64,000 bases of DNA, from positions 138,306-202,305 of the forward strand of contig CAYLHO010000002.1 in NCBI GenBank assembly GCA_964383665.1, read 5' to 3'. The stretch is from an uncultured Lachnospiraceae bacterium. GTDB lineage: Bacteria; Bacillota; Clostridia; Christensenellales; UBA1242. Below are positions 41,890-50,350 of the stretch, piece by piece. How positions within the stretch are numbered: position 1 is the stretch's first letter; each line of letters opens with the position of its first letter. Made by a program: the position numbers and the translations under genes. Below the pieces are notes generated by a model, which was not told the origin of the DNA, did not search any database, and saw only the letters and a program-made list of their open reading frames with translations.

Positions 41890-43257
41890 TTAAATTTTGT
41901 TAAGTTCAAATCCGTCCTTCGTGTCTTTAATTAAAAAACCTTTGCTTTTAATTAAATCGCGAAGTTCGTCAGATTTTGCCCAGTTCTTTTCAATTCGGGC
42001 TTGAACGCGTTCATTTGCCAATTTTTTAATTTCGTCTGGAATTTCAATCTCTTCTTCTTTTCCAAGATTTAAACTTAAAACTTGGTCGAATTTCATGAGA
42101 AGATTGAAAACTTCCTTGCTTTTTGGCTCGTTTTTAAGCATTTTCCAAACGATTCCAACAGCAAGAGGAAGATTTAAATCGTCGGAAATTGCGTTTCTGA
42201 AATCTTTTTCATATTGCGCAAGATTATCCTCGTTTGCTTTTTCTGTTCCATTTTTGTTTTCCAAAGCCAGTTGCTTAAGAGATTTAAGAGCTTGTTTTGC
42301 GGAGGACAATCCGTCGAAAGTGAAATTAAGGCTTTTTCGATAGTGAGTTAAAAGATTAAGATATCTGAAATCGAGAGGGGAGAATCCTTTTTCAATAAGT
42401 TCGTCAAGGGTGTATAAATTCCCAAGGCTTTTTCCCATTTTTCCACCGTCAACTTGTAGGAATTCAACGTGCATCCAATTTTTAACAACTTGTTTTCCCT
42501 CTTTTGCGTCGTTTTGTGCAATTTCATTTTCGTGGTGGATTGGTTTGTGGTCGATTCCGCCGGTGTGGATATCGATTGAGTTTCCAAGATATTTTTCGCC
42601 CATTGCCGAGCATTCAATATGCCAACCTGGGCAACCAATTCCCCATGGGCTTTCCCATTTCATAATGTGTTGTTCAGGAACGAATTTCCAAAGTGCGAAA
42701 TCGAAAGGGTGGTGTTTTTGTTGATTCTCGTCAATTCTGTTAACGCCGGTTGTTGAAAGGTCTTTCCCTGAAAGCGCGCCATATGCTTTGAATTTTTGCA
42801 CATCGAAATACACACCGTCGTCAATTATATATGTGTAACCCTTTGCTTCAAGCTTTTTAATGAACGAAATCATTTCGTTAATATGCTCGGTTGCCTTTGC
42901 AACGTGTTCTGGGAACTCAATGTTAAGGCGGGAAGCGTCACGATAGAAACAATTTGTGTAGAACTTTGCAATTTCATATGGATCTTTGTTTTCGCGTTTA
43001 GCGGCAAGTTCCATTTTGTCGTCGCCGTCGTCGGAATCGGAAACAAGGTGTCCAACATCGGTTAAGTTCATAACCCCGTTAATTTTGAATCCGCAATATT
43101 TCAAACTTTTGCGCAAAAAATCCATAAAAAGATATGCGCGCATGTTTCCAATGTGTGGGAAATAATATACGGTTGGCCCGCAGGTGTACATTTTAACAGT
43201 GTTGTTTTCAACAATAAGATCTTCTTTTTTTCTTGTTAAAGAATTAAATATTTTCAT
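41890..43257 (-). CDS. cysS: cysteine--tRNA ligase
   Basis: 455 aa, AGGAG SD. HIGN (HIGH variant), CPGWHIEC zinc site, KMGKS. Confidence 0.95.
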   Translation of the reverse strand: MKIFNSLTRKKEDLIVENNTVKMYTCGPTVYYFPHIGNMRAYLFMDFLRKSLKYCGFKINGVMNLTDVGHLVSDSDDGDDKMELAAKRENKDPYEIAKFYTNCFYRDASRLNIEFPEHVAKATEHINEMISFIKKLEAKGYTYIIDDGVYFDVQKFKAYGALSGKDLSTTGVNRIDENQQKHHPFDFALWKFVPEQHIMKWESPWGIGCPGWHIECSAMGEKYLGNSIDIHTGGIDHKPIHHENEIAQNDAKEGKQVVKNWMHVEFLQVDGGKMGKSLGNLYTLDELIEKGFSPLDFRYLNLLTHYRKSLNFTFDGLSSAKQALKSLKQLALENKNGTEKANEDNLAQYEKDFRNAISDDLNLPLAVGIVWKMLKNEPKSKEVFNLLMKFDQVLSLNLGKEEEIEIPDEIKKLANERVQARIEKNWAKSDELRDLIKSKGFLIKDTKDGFELNKI

Positions 43258-43308
43258 TTTTATACTCCTAGGTTTATATATTCGATTATGTTTTTTCTGG
43301 TGCGATTG

Positions 43309-45489
43309 CTATTGCAAAGAACTAACAACCGCGGTCATACATAAATCAAAATATCTTGGAGGAAGCGACATAACCGAAAGGGCATTGTTCTTGGAATAGA
43401 TAAATTTTTCGCCGTCTTTCAAAAGATCGGTTGTTTTGAAGAAATATATGCTTCCAAGATTGCAATAGACGCTGCTTAAGTTGATTGGCTTGTTAAATTC
43501 AACAACGCAAGCAAGCTTAAGCCCTTGATTTATGTTAAGAAGCGAACTGAAAGTTATTTCGCCCTCATTACGGTTAATTTTGAAGTCGTAGGTTTGAATT
43601 TTCTCAACAAATTTCCCCGCGTCAACAAACATTCCGTTAAAGTTACTTATTTCCGTTGTTTGTGCTTTATAGTCTTTAACATCAAATTTAATTTTCTTAA
43701 ATTGAGGGAAAAGAGGGTTTTCAATTGCGTTGATAATCTTTTCAAAGCGATCGTCGATGTCGAGAGTGTGAAGAATTTGAATAACAAAATTTTCTTGTGC
43801 TTCATCAAGAAGTTTCAGGAGATATTTTCGCTCAATTTGTCCGTCATTTGTTTCTTCCAAAACAAAAGCATTATAAAGTTTTCCAATTTTATATTCGCCC
43901 CAAATCAACTTTTTGAAAAGCGATTTGAAAGGTTCGAAGTTGGAAATTTTTTCAAAATTTTTGTTTGAATATTCTCTTCCGTTAAGGAACGCTGTTTTAA
44001 GGCGGTCAACTTGTTTTTCAATTTCACTTGGCAAAACCTTTCCAATTGCAAGTTGGTCCTCAATGTCCAAAATGTTGATGTCTGCTTTTTTAGCAAGGGT
44101 TTGGAGCATTTGGTTTTTCCAATTTTCATCTTCAAACTTTTTAATTGCGTTTGAACTAAAAATTTTTGCGGCTTCGTCTTTTCCGCAGTTAACAAGGCAT
44201 TCTGTTAAATATTTTGCTTCTTTGAATCGACCAAGTCCAAAAAGTTGGCAGGCAAATTCAACCATTTGGGCGGTTAAGTTTTCGCTTCCGAAAAGCGCGC
44301 AAAAACGAATTGCCCATTTTGCTTCTTTAATGTCGTCTTTTCTTGAAACAACGTCATAAAGTTTTTCTGCAAAGTTTTCAAGTCCTTCTTTTTCAAAAAC
44401 GTTGAAAAGATAGGTTAAGTTTATGAGCTTTGAAAGAATGTTCTCTTCTTTAACAACGTTAATTAAATATGTTTTTAAAACGTTGTTAGCCGGAAATCCG
44501 CTTGCAAGATTAAGATCAATTTTGTCGAAAGGAATTCCAAGAGTTCTTTCTTGAGGCTCTTTAATTTTGCGCCTTGCAGCGTAAACAAATTGTTTTTCTG
44601 TTTTAACCTCTGGACTTTTAATTATTTCAAGTTTTTCCGCAATTGCTTCTTTAAAAGCAGGGGAGGTTGCCTTTTCATAGAGGTCGTTAAGACGGGTTAG
44701 GGCTTCGTTGTCGCTTCCAAATGCAACAAAGACACCTGCAAGTTTTCCCTTTTCTTCTTCAGGAATGTTGTCGTAAAGGCGCTTGTCTAACTCAAGAAAA
44801 GTTTCGCGTTTGAACTTTTTTAAAATGTGGGAATTTTGATCTTCATTTGCCTCGTCGGAAATAAAATCGTCGATAAGCATTCTGATTCCGCGAGCAGTGT
44901 TGAAATCGGTTATGATTTCAAGAAGTTTATATTTGTTTTCTTTGTTCGAGTTAAGATATGAAATTGTCCATTCTTCGTTTTCGTTGAAAAAATTTTGCAT
45001 GAATTCAACTGCAGGACGCTTCCAATTGAAAAGCGTTTCGGTTTTGTCGCTTTCAAAAGCTTTAATTATAAGCGGCAAGTATAAATTCTTGTCGACATCA
45101 CAATTTTTAACAATTTCAACAAAACGATCGAAATATCTTTCAAGGAAAGAATAACTTTCTTTAACAGAGCTGTATTTGATTTGACCAATTTGCCCAACAA
45201 AAATTTTGCGAACAAAATGGAAAACGCTTTCATATTTTTTTGCTGTTAAAAGAAGTGCAACGAAATTTGAAAGGGCAAACATATAGTTTTTAAGTTGAAA
45301 AATTAAGTCGGAAAAAGAATTGATGCTTTCTTCGCTCAAGTTTTCGTTTGTTATGTTGTCTGCCAAAAATTTAATTTCCTCTTCGGAAAGAGAACGGCTT
45401 ATAAATGCTTCAGCGTCAACCTCAATTTCAAAGCCAAAAAATTGTTTAAGTTTTGATTCAATTTGATTAATATCTTTTAAAATTTCCAT
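43309..45489 (-). CDS. large helical-repeat protein with a probable C-terminal DUF4132-like domain
   Basis: 726 aa. The alpha-helical N-terminal two thirds and the C-terminal block LIWGEYKIGKLYNAFVLEE...VIQILHTLDIDD...PLFPQFKKIKFDV resemble DUF4132. Function unknown. Confidence 0.45.
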   Translation of the reverse strand: MEILKDINQIESKLKQFFGFEIEVDAEAFISRSLSEEEIKFLADNITNENLSEESINSFSDLIFQLKNYMFALSNFVALLLTAKKYESVFHFVRKIFVGQIGQIKYSSVKESYSFLERYFDRFVEIVKNCDVDKNLYLPLIIKAFESDKTETLFNWKRPAVEFMQNFFNENEEWTISYLNSNKENKYKLLEIITDFNTARGIRMLIDDFISDEANEDQNSHILKKFKRETFLELDKRLYDNIPEEEKGKLAGVFVAFGSDNEALTRLNDLYEKATSPAFKEAIAEKLEIIKSPEVKTEKQFVYAARRKIKEPQERTLGIPFDKIDLNLASGFPANNVLKTYLINVVKEENILSKLINLTYLFNVFEKEGLENFAEKLYDVVSRKDDIKEAKWAIRFCALFGSENLTAQMVEFACQLFGLGRFKEAKYLTECLVNCGKDEAAKIFSSNAIKKFEDENWKNQMLQTLAKKADINILDIEDQLAIGKVLPSEIEKQVDRLKTAFLNGREYSNKNFEKISNFEPFKSLFKKLIWGEYKIGKLYNAFVLEETNDGQIERKYLLKLLDEAQENFVIQILHTLDIDDRFEKIINAIENPLFPQFKKIKFDVKDYKAQTTEISNFNGMFVDAGKFVEKIQTYDFKINRNEGEITFSSLLNINQGLKLACVVEFNKPINLSSVYCNLGSIYFFKTTDLLKDGEKFIYSKNNALSVMSLPPRYFDLCMTAVVSSLQ

Positions 45490-45495
45490 GGTAAG

Positions 45496-45524
45496 ATTAT
45501 ATCAAATAAATAATAATAAAACAA
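45496..45524 (-). promoter_or_regulatory. promoter abutting the ATG of the 726-aa gene (possible leaderless transcript)
   Basis: On the minus strand: TTGTTT (45524-45519), 17-nt spacer, TGa-TATAAT (45504-45496). The ATG at 45489 is exactly 6 nt after the -10 box and there is no SD. Confidence 0.55.
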
Positions 45525-45525
45525 C

Positions 45526-46371
45526 TTAATCATTAAGTTTTTTATTAAAAATTTCCTCAATTGTTGTGTTTAAATCGTTGTTTTGAAGTAATGTTGAAAG
45601 TTGGTCCTCGTTTAGCATTTTAATTTTTCCGTTTGAGAATTTAACAAAGAAAAATGTATATTTCTCTTTGCTTGTTTCCTTGAGAAGTTTGAAAAGAGGG
45701 ACGGAAGAATTAAGGTAGATGTTTTTTATTGGTAAGATGTCTTTTTTCTTTTTTTCAATTTGACTTATAAGCGGGGCATATGTTCCGTTAAATTTCCCTT
45801 CAAAAATTCCGCAAAAAAGAAAAATTGAAATAAGCCCAAAAGAAAAATTAATTTGAAAAAATGCGGAAATTATGAAAAAAATTAAAAAAATTAATGAAAA
45901 AATTAAATTTATTGCACAAGAAATTTTATAAACGGTTTTTTCTTTAAATTTTAATTTTAAAATTGAGGTTAAAATTCGACCTCCGTCAAGAGGAAATGCA
46001 GGCAACAAATTAAAAACCATAAGCGAAAAATTCGACAAGGCAAAAGTGTATGTCACGATATATGTTTGAGGGAAAATCCACCAAAGCATAATTGTTATTG
46101 CAAGCAAAAGCGCGTTAACAATTGGCCCGGCAAGAGCAATTTTAATTTCGTCGCGAGGGCTGAAACAGTAGTTTTTAAATGAAACGCAAGCCCCATAAGG
46201 CAAAATCCAAACTTTGTTAAGTCCATAGCCAAGTTTTTTTGCAGCATTTGCATGGGCAAGTTCGTGAAGTGAAATTGCAATTATGTATGGAATTAGAACC
46301 GAGCCAAATCCAGTTAAAATTAATATTAACAAAAAAACATATGTTAAAGGGTGAACTCGAAGTGCTTTCAT
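45526..46371 (-). CDS. M50-family site-2 metalloprotease (SpoIVFB-like)
   Basis: 281 aa, polytopic. HELAHA zinc motif within a TM, second motif FNLLPAFPLDGGRIL, and a soluble C-terminal ~80 aa. Confidence 0.85.
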   Translation of the reverse strand: MKALRVHPLTYVFLLILILTGFGSVLIPYIIAISLHELAHANAAKKLGYGLNKVWILPYGACVSFKNYCFSPRDEIKIALAGPIVNALLLAITIMLWWIFPQTYIVTYTFALSNFSLMVFNLLPAFPLDGGRILTSILKLKFKEKTVYKISCAINLIFSLIFLIFFIISAFFQINFSFGLISIFLFCGIFEGKFNGTYAPLISQIEKKKKDILPIKNIYLNSSVPLFKLLKETSKEKYTFFFVKFSNGKIKMLNEDQLSTLLQNNDLNTTIEEIFNKKLND

Positions 46372-46470
46372 TTAGATATAACTTATGATTGGAATTTGAA
46401 ATATATAATTTTTTTGACAATTTCCAAGACAAAAACATATTATGCTTTTAGTAAATTTTAAGGAGGTAAA

Positions 46471-47472
46471 ATGAAAAAATTTGCAATTTTTCTTGCGCTG
46501 ATTATTGGAAGTTTTTCAATTGTTTTTGCAGGTTGCGGAAGCAGCAATGTAATTCGCGTTAACGAAGTTACGCACAGCATTTTCTATGCGCCTTTCTATG
46601 CTGCAATCAATCTTGGATTCATGGAAGAAGAGAACATTGAAATTGATCTTACAAACGGCGGAGGATCAGATCAATCAATGACAGCGCTTTTAAGCGGAAG
46701 CGCCGACATGGCTCTTCTTGGCCCTGAAACAGCGGTTTATGTTGTTGGCGAGGGAGCAAAAAATTCGCCAGTTATCGTTGGACAATTAACAAAACGCGAT
46801 GGCTCGCTTCTTGTTGGAAGAACAAACGAAACAAACTTTGATTGGAGCAATTTGGCGGGCAAAGAAATTATTGGAGGGCGAAGAGGCGGGTCTCCGGCAA
46901 TGTCTCTTCAATATGCAGTTCAATTGGCTGGTAACACAATTGGAACAGCGCCAGAGCAATGTAACATAAATCTTGATGTTGCGTTCAATCTTGTTGTTGG
47001 GGCTTTCGAGGCAGGGCAAGGCGACTACTGCACAATGTTTGAACCAACCGCAAGCGAATATGTTGCCGCTGGGAAAGGTTATATTGTTGCTGCTGTTGGG
47101 CAAGCAAGCGGGGAAGTTCCGTTCACATGCTTTATGGCAATGCAAAATTATATTAGCAAGAATGAATCAAAAGTTGAGGGATTCTTGCGCGCAGTAACCC
47201 GAGCTTATAACTATCTCATTTCGGCAACAGATGAACAAATTGTTGACGCGCTTAAACCTTCATTCTCAACAACAACCGATGAAATTATTGTTTCATCTGT
47301 TCGAAACTACATTTCATACGACATGTGGAAAAGCACACCTGTTATGAATGAAGAGGATTTTAACAGATTGCAAGATGTTATGGAAAATGCGGGCGAACTT
47401 GACAAGAGAATAAGTTTTGGAAACGTTGTTAACAACACCTATGCACAACGAGTTGTTGATTCCCTTAAGTAA
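46471..47472 (+). CDS. ABC-transporter substrate-binding lipoprotein, NMT1/THI5-SsuA-like
   Basis: 333 aa, AAGGAGG SD. Lipobox VFAGC. HSIFYAPFYAA...LLSGSADMALLGPE is typical of the nitrate/sulfonate/bicarbonate-type SBP fold. No adjacent permease or ATPase. Confidence 0.7.
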   Translation: MKKFAIFLALIIGSFSIVFAGCGSSNVIRVNEVTHSIFYAPFYAAINLGFMEEENIEIDLTNGGGSDQSMTALLSGSADMALLGPETAVYVVGEGAKNSPVIVGQLTKRDGSLLVGRTNETNFDWSNLAGKEIIGGRRGGSPAMSLQYAVQLAGNTIGTAPEQCNINLDVAFNLVVGAFEAGQGDYCTMFEPTASEYVAAGKGYIVAAVGQASGEVPFTCFMAMQNYISKNESKVEGFLRAVTRAYNYLISATDEQIVDALKPSFSTTTDEIIVSSVRNYISYDMWKSTPVMNEEDFNRLQDVMENAGELDKRISFGNVVNNTYAQRVVDSLK

Positions 47473-47494
47473 TTAAGAATTATTAAAAATAATT

Positions 47495-47525
47495 AGAGAA
47501 GAAATTTTCTTCTCTTTTATTTTTT
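47495..47525 (+). terminator. intrinsic terminator after the SBP gene
   Basis: Stem AGAGAAGA / TCTTCTCT, loop AATT, T-rich tail. Confidence 0.65.
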
Positions 47526-47641
47526 CTTAAACATGTAAAATATGCAAAAAAATCATAAAAAATTAATATTTTTTTAAAAATATTTAATTAAATTTGATTT
47601 TTTTAATGAATTAATAAAAATTTAAAATCATATTTTAAATT

Positions 47642-48988
47642 ATGAAAGTTTCCAAATTGGAAAAGTTTTATTACGGAATTGGAGAGTTGGGGTATTCAAC
47701 AATAACTTCAACACTTTCAAATTTTATTATGTTTTTTGGGACGAGTGTTCTTGGAATTTCTGGGTCACTTATGGGGCTTGCTGTTTCGCTTGGAGTTTTT
47801 TGGGATGCAATTTCCGACCCCATTGTTGGCCATTATTCCGACAATTTAAATTCACCGCTAGGGCGTCGCCACCCGTTCATGCTTGTTGGAATTTTTGGGC
47901 TTTGCGCTGTTAATTTAACAATTTGGCTTGTTCCACAATCTGCGCCAATGGCCGTTAAGTTTGTTTGGATTTTAATTTCGCTTTTGGCAATTCAAACATT
48001 TTCAACATTCTTTGGAACGCCGCACATGGCACTTGGGCTTGAAATGACAACGAACTCAAATGAACAAACTTCAATTCAATGTTATCGAACGGTTTTCTCG
48101 CTTATTGGAATGATGCTGCCAACAATTTTTATGTTTATTTTCATGCCTTCAACTTCGTCGAATCAAGGGCAACTTCAAACTCAAGGTTATGTTAACACGG
48201 CATATGCTTCATCAATTTTATGTTTAATTTTTGGGCTTATAACAATTTTTGGAACGCTTAAACGGCAAGTTTGCTGCCCTAAACCAAGAGAAAAAAAACG
48301 AAAAGGTTTGCTGAAATCACTTTTTTTCGATGTTTTTGGAATTTTAAGAAAAAAACAATATCGAATTTTAATTTTGGGTTATTCAATAAGTCTTTTGGCA
48401 TCGTCAATTCTAACCGCCGCCGGCATGCATATGTTCACATATTGTTTTCATTTTAGTTCGCAGCAAATTTCAATTGTTCTTGCTTCGTTCATACTTTCTG
48501 CTGTTGTTTCTCAATTTGTTTGGAGCAAGATTTCTGGGAAAATTGGAAAAAAGAAAACTTTAATTCGTGGAATTTCTTTTGGAATTATTGCAATTTTTGT
48601 TGTTTGGGTGTTCTTCCTTTTAAGAGATTTATTTTCAACAAGTGTTCTTTTTTGGATCATTCTTCCATTAATTTTTCTTGTGGGATTTGGAACAGGAGTT
48701 TTATTTTCGTTTCCAATTTCACTTTTTGGCGATGTTATGTTGAAAGATGTTGAAATTTGCGGAACAAACAAAGTTGGGGTCTATTCTGGGATTATGACGC
48801 TTGCTTCAAAAGTTAGCAATGCGTTTGCTCTTGCAATTATTGGAGTTGTTCTCGATCTTATCCATTTTTCCTCATCTTCTCCTGTTCAGCCTCTTTCTGT
48901 TCAAAATGGGCTTGGGCTTTTGGTTTTGCTTGGAACGGTTTTGTCGCTTGGAATTTCGGTTGCCATATTTGGAAAATTTGAGGAATAA
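47642..48988 (+). CDS. MFS transporter, glycoside-pentoside-hexuronide (GPH) cation symporter family
   Basis: 448 aa, 12 TMs. N-terminal YGIGELGYS...FWDAISDPIVGHYSDN...GRRHPF is the GPH signature. No SD upstream. Confidence 0.8.
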   Translation: MKVSKLEKFYYGIGELGYSTITSTLSNFIMFFGTSVLGISGSLMGLAVSLGVFWDAISDPIVGHYSDNLNSPLGRRHPFMLVGIFGLCAVNLTIWLVPQSAPMAVKFVWILISLLAIQTFSTFFGTPHMALGLEMTTNSNEQTSIQCYRTVFSLIGMMLPTIFMFIFMPSTSSNQGQLQTQGYVNTAYASSILCLIFGLITIFGTLKRQVCCPKPREKKRKGLLKSLFFDVFGILRKKQYRILILGYSISLLASSILTAAGMHMFTYCFHFSSQQISIVLASFILSAVVSQFVWSKISGKIGKKKTLIRGISFGIIAIFVVWVFFLLRDLFSTSVLFWIILPLIFLVGFGTGVLFSFPISLFGDVMLKDVEICGTNKVGVYSGIMTLASKVSNAFALAIIGVVLDLIHFSSSSPVQPLSVQNGLGLLVLLGTVLSLGISVAIFGKFEE

Positions 48989-49041
48989 GTTTGACAGTTT
49001 CAAATTAAAAGTGTAATCTTTTTTGAAAAAGGGGAGGTTGC

Positions 49042-50223
49042 ATGGGAAAATTTGGAACAATTTCATATGGAGTTAGAACTCCAATCATAAAACGAGGGGA
49101 CGATCTTGTTGAAATTGTTACAACAAGTGTTTTAAACGCTCTTAAAGAGAATAATTTGGAACTTCAAGACAGAGATGTTGTTGGCGTTACGGAAGCAGTT
49201 GTTGGAATTGCGCAAGGAAATTTTGCAACGGTTGATCAAATTGCAAAAGATGTTGAAAAACATTTTAAAGACAAAACAGTTGGGCTTATTTTTCCAATTA
49301 TGAGCAGAAACAGATTTTCACTTTTGCTTAAAGGAATTTCCATGGGCTGCAAAAAACTTATAATAATGCTTTCCTATCCTTCTGACGAAGTTGGAAACCC
49401 ATTAATTTCACAACAAAAACATTACGAAAGCGGAATAAACCTATATGGCAAGGCTCTTTCCGAGGAAGAGTTCAGAAATGCATTTGGCGAAACAAAACAT
49501 CTTTTTACAGGTGTTGACTACATTGAATTTTATAAACAAATTGCAGGGCAAAACTGCGAAATTATTTTTGGAAACAAAGCTGAAAACATTTTGGACTACA
49601 CAAAATTTGTTATAAACGCGGACATTCACACTCGGAAGCAAACAAAACAACATTTAATTGATTGCGGCGCAGAAAAGGTTGTTTCCCTTGATGAACTTCT
49701 AACAGAAAGTGTTGACGGAAGCGGTTATAATGAGGAATATGGTCTTCTTGGAAGCAACATTAACACCGACGACACTGTTAAGCTTTTCCCTCGAGGAACA
49801 CGAAAGTTTGCCTATGACCTTCAAAAGAGATTTAAGGAACTTACTGGCAAAACAGTTGAATGTTTGGTTTATGGCGATGGCGCATTTAAAGACCCTGTTG
49901 GGAAAATTTGGGAACTTGCCGACCCTGTTGTCAGCCCCGGGTTCACCGATGGACTTTTGGGAACGCCAAATGAGATTAAACTTAAGTATATTTCTGAAAC
50001 GCGTCTTGCAAACCTTTCGGGCGAAGAGGCAAGCGAGGAATTTAAGAAAATTGTTAGAGAGAAAAAGGGCGACTCAAAGCAAAACAATCGCGCGGCTCTT
50101 GGAACAACCCCGCGCCAACTTACAGATTTAATTGGTTCGCTTTGCGATTTAACAAGCGGAAGCGGCGACAAGGGAACTCCAGTTGTTTTAATTCAAAACT
50201 ATTTCAAGAACTATGCTGATTAA
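49042..50223 (+). CDS. F420-0:gamma-glutamyl ligase (CofE)-family protein, long form
   Basis: 393 aa, GGGGAGG SD. N-terminal GVRTPIIKRGDDLVEIV...DRDVVGVTEAVVGIAQGN resembles the CofE/PF01996 fold start. Function in this organism is unknown. Confidence 0.5.
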   Translation: MGKFGTISYGVRTPIIKRGDDLVEIVTTSVLNALKENNLELQDRDVVGVTEAVVGIAQGNFATVDQIAKDVEKHFKDKTVGLIFPIMSRNRFSLLLKGISMGCKKLIIMLSYPSDEVGNPLISQQKHYESGINLYGKALSEEEFRNAFGETKHLFTGVDYIEFYKQIAGQNCEIIFGNKAENILDYTKFVINADIHTRKQTKQHLIDCGAEKVVSLDELLTESVDGSGYNEEYGLLGSNINTDDTVKLFPRGTRKFAYDLQKRFKELTGKTVECLVYGDGAFKDPVGKIWELADPVVSPGFTDGLLGTPNEIKLKYISETRLANLSGEEASEEFKKIVREKKGDSKQNNRAALGTTPRQLTDLIGSLCDLTSGSGDKGTPVVLIQNYFKNYAD

Positions 50224-50234
50224 AATAAACAAAA

Positions 50235-50261
50235 ACAGCCAAAAAATTATGGCTGTTTTTT
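50235..50261 (+). terminator. intrinsic terminator
   Basis: Stem ACAGCCA / TGGCTGT, 8-nt loop, T run. Confidence 0.7.
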
Positions 50262-50350
50262 CTTTTTCATGGCAAAAATTTATTAATAATTTTTGTTGTT
50301 TTTTAAAAAACGGTGTATAATTAAAACAAGTTAGAAAGGAGGCGGTTTTA

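Noticed and set aside
46372-46470. Possible TPP (THI-box) riboswitch upstream of the NMT1/THI5-like binding-protein gene. A leaderless start for the divergent M50 gene was also considered.
   Set aside because: The ~100-nt region is AT-rich, with no conserved THI-box elements or stable multi-stem structure visible. For the M50 gene the spacing between -10-like hexamers and the ATG is only 4-5 nt, with no TGn extension, which is too weak to claim.
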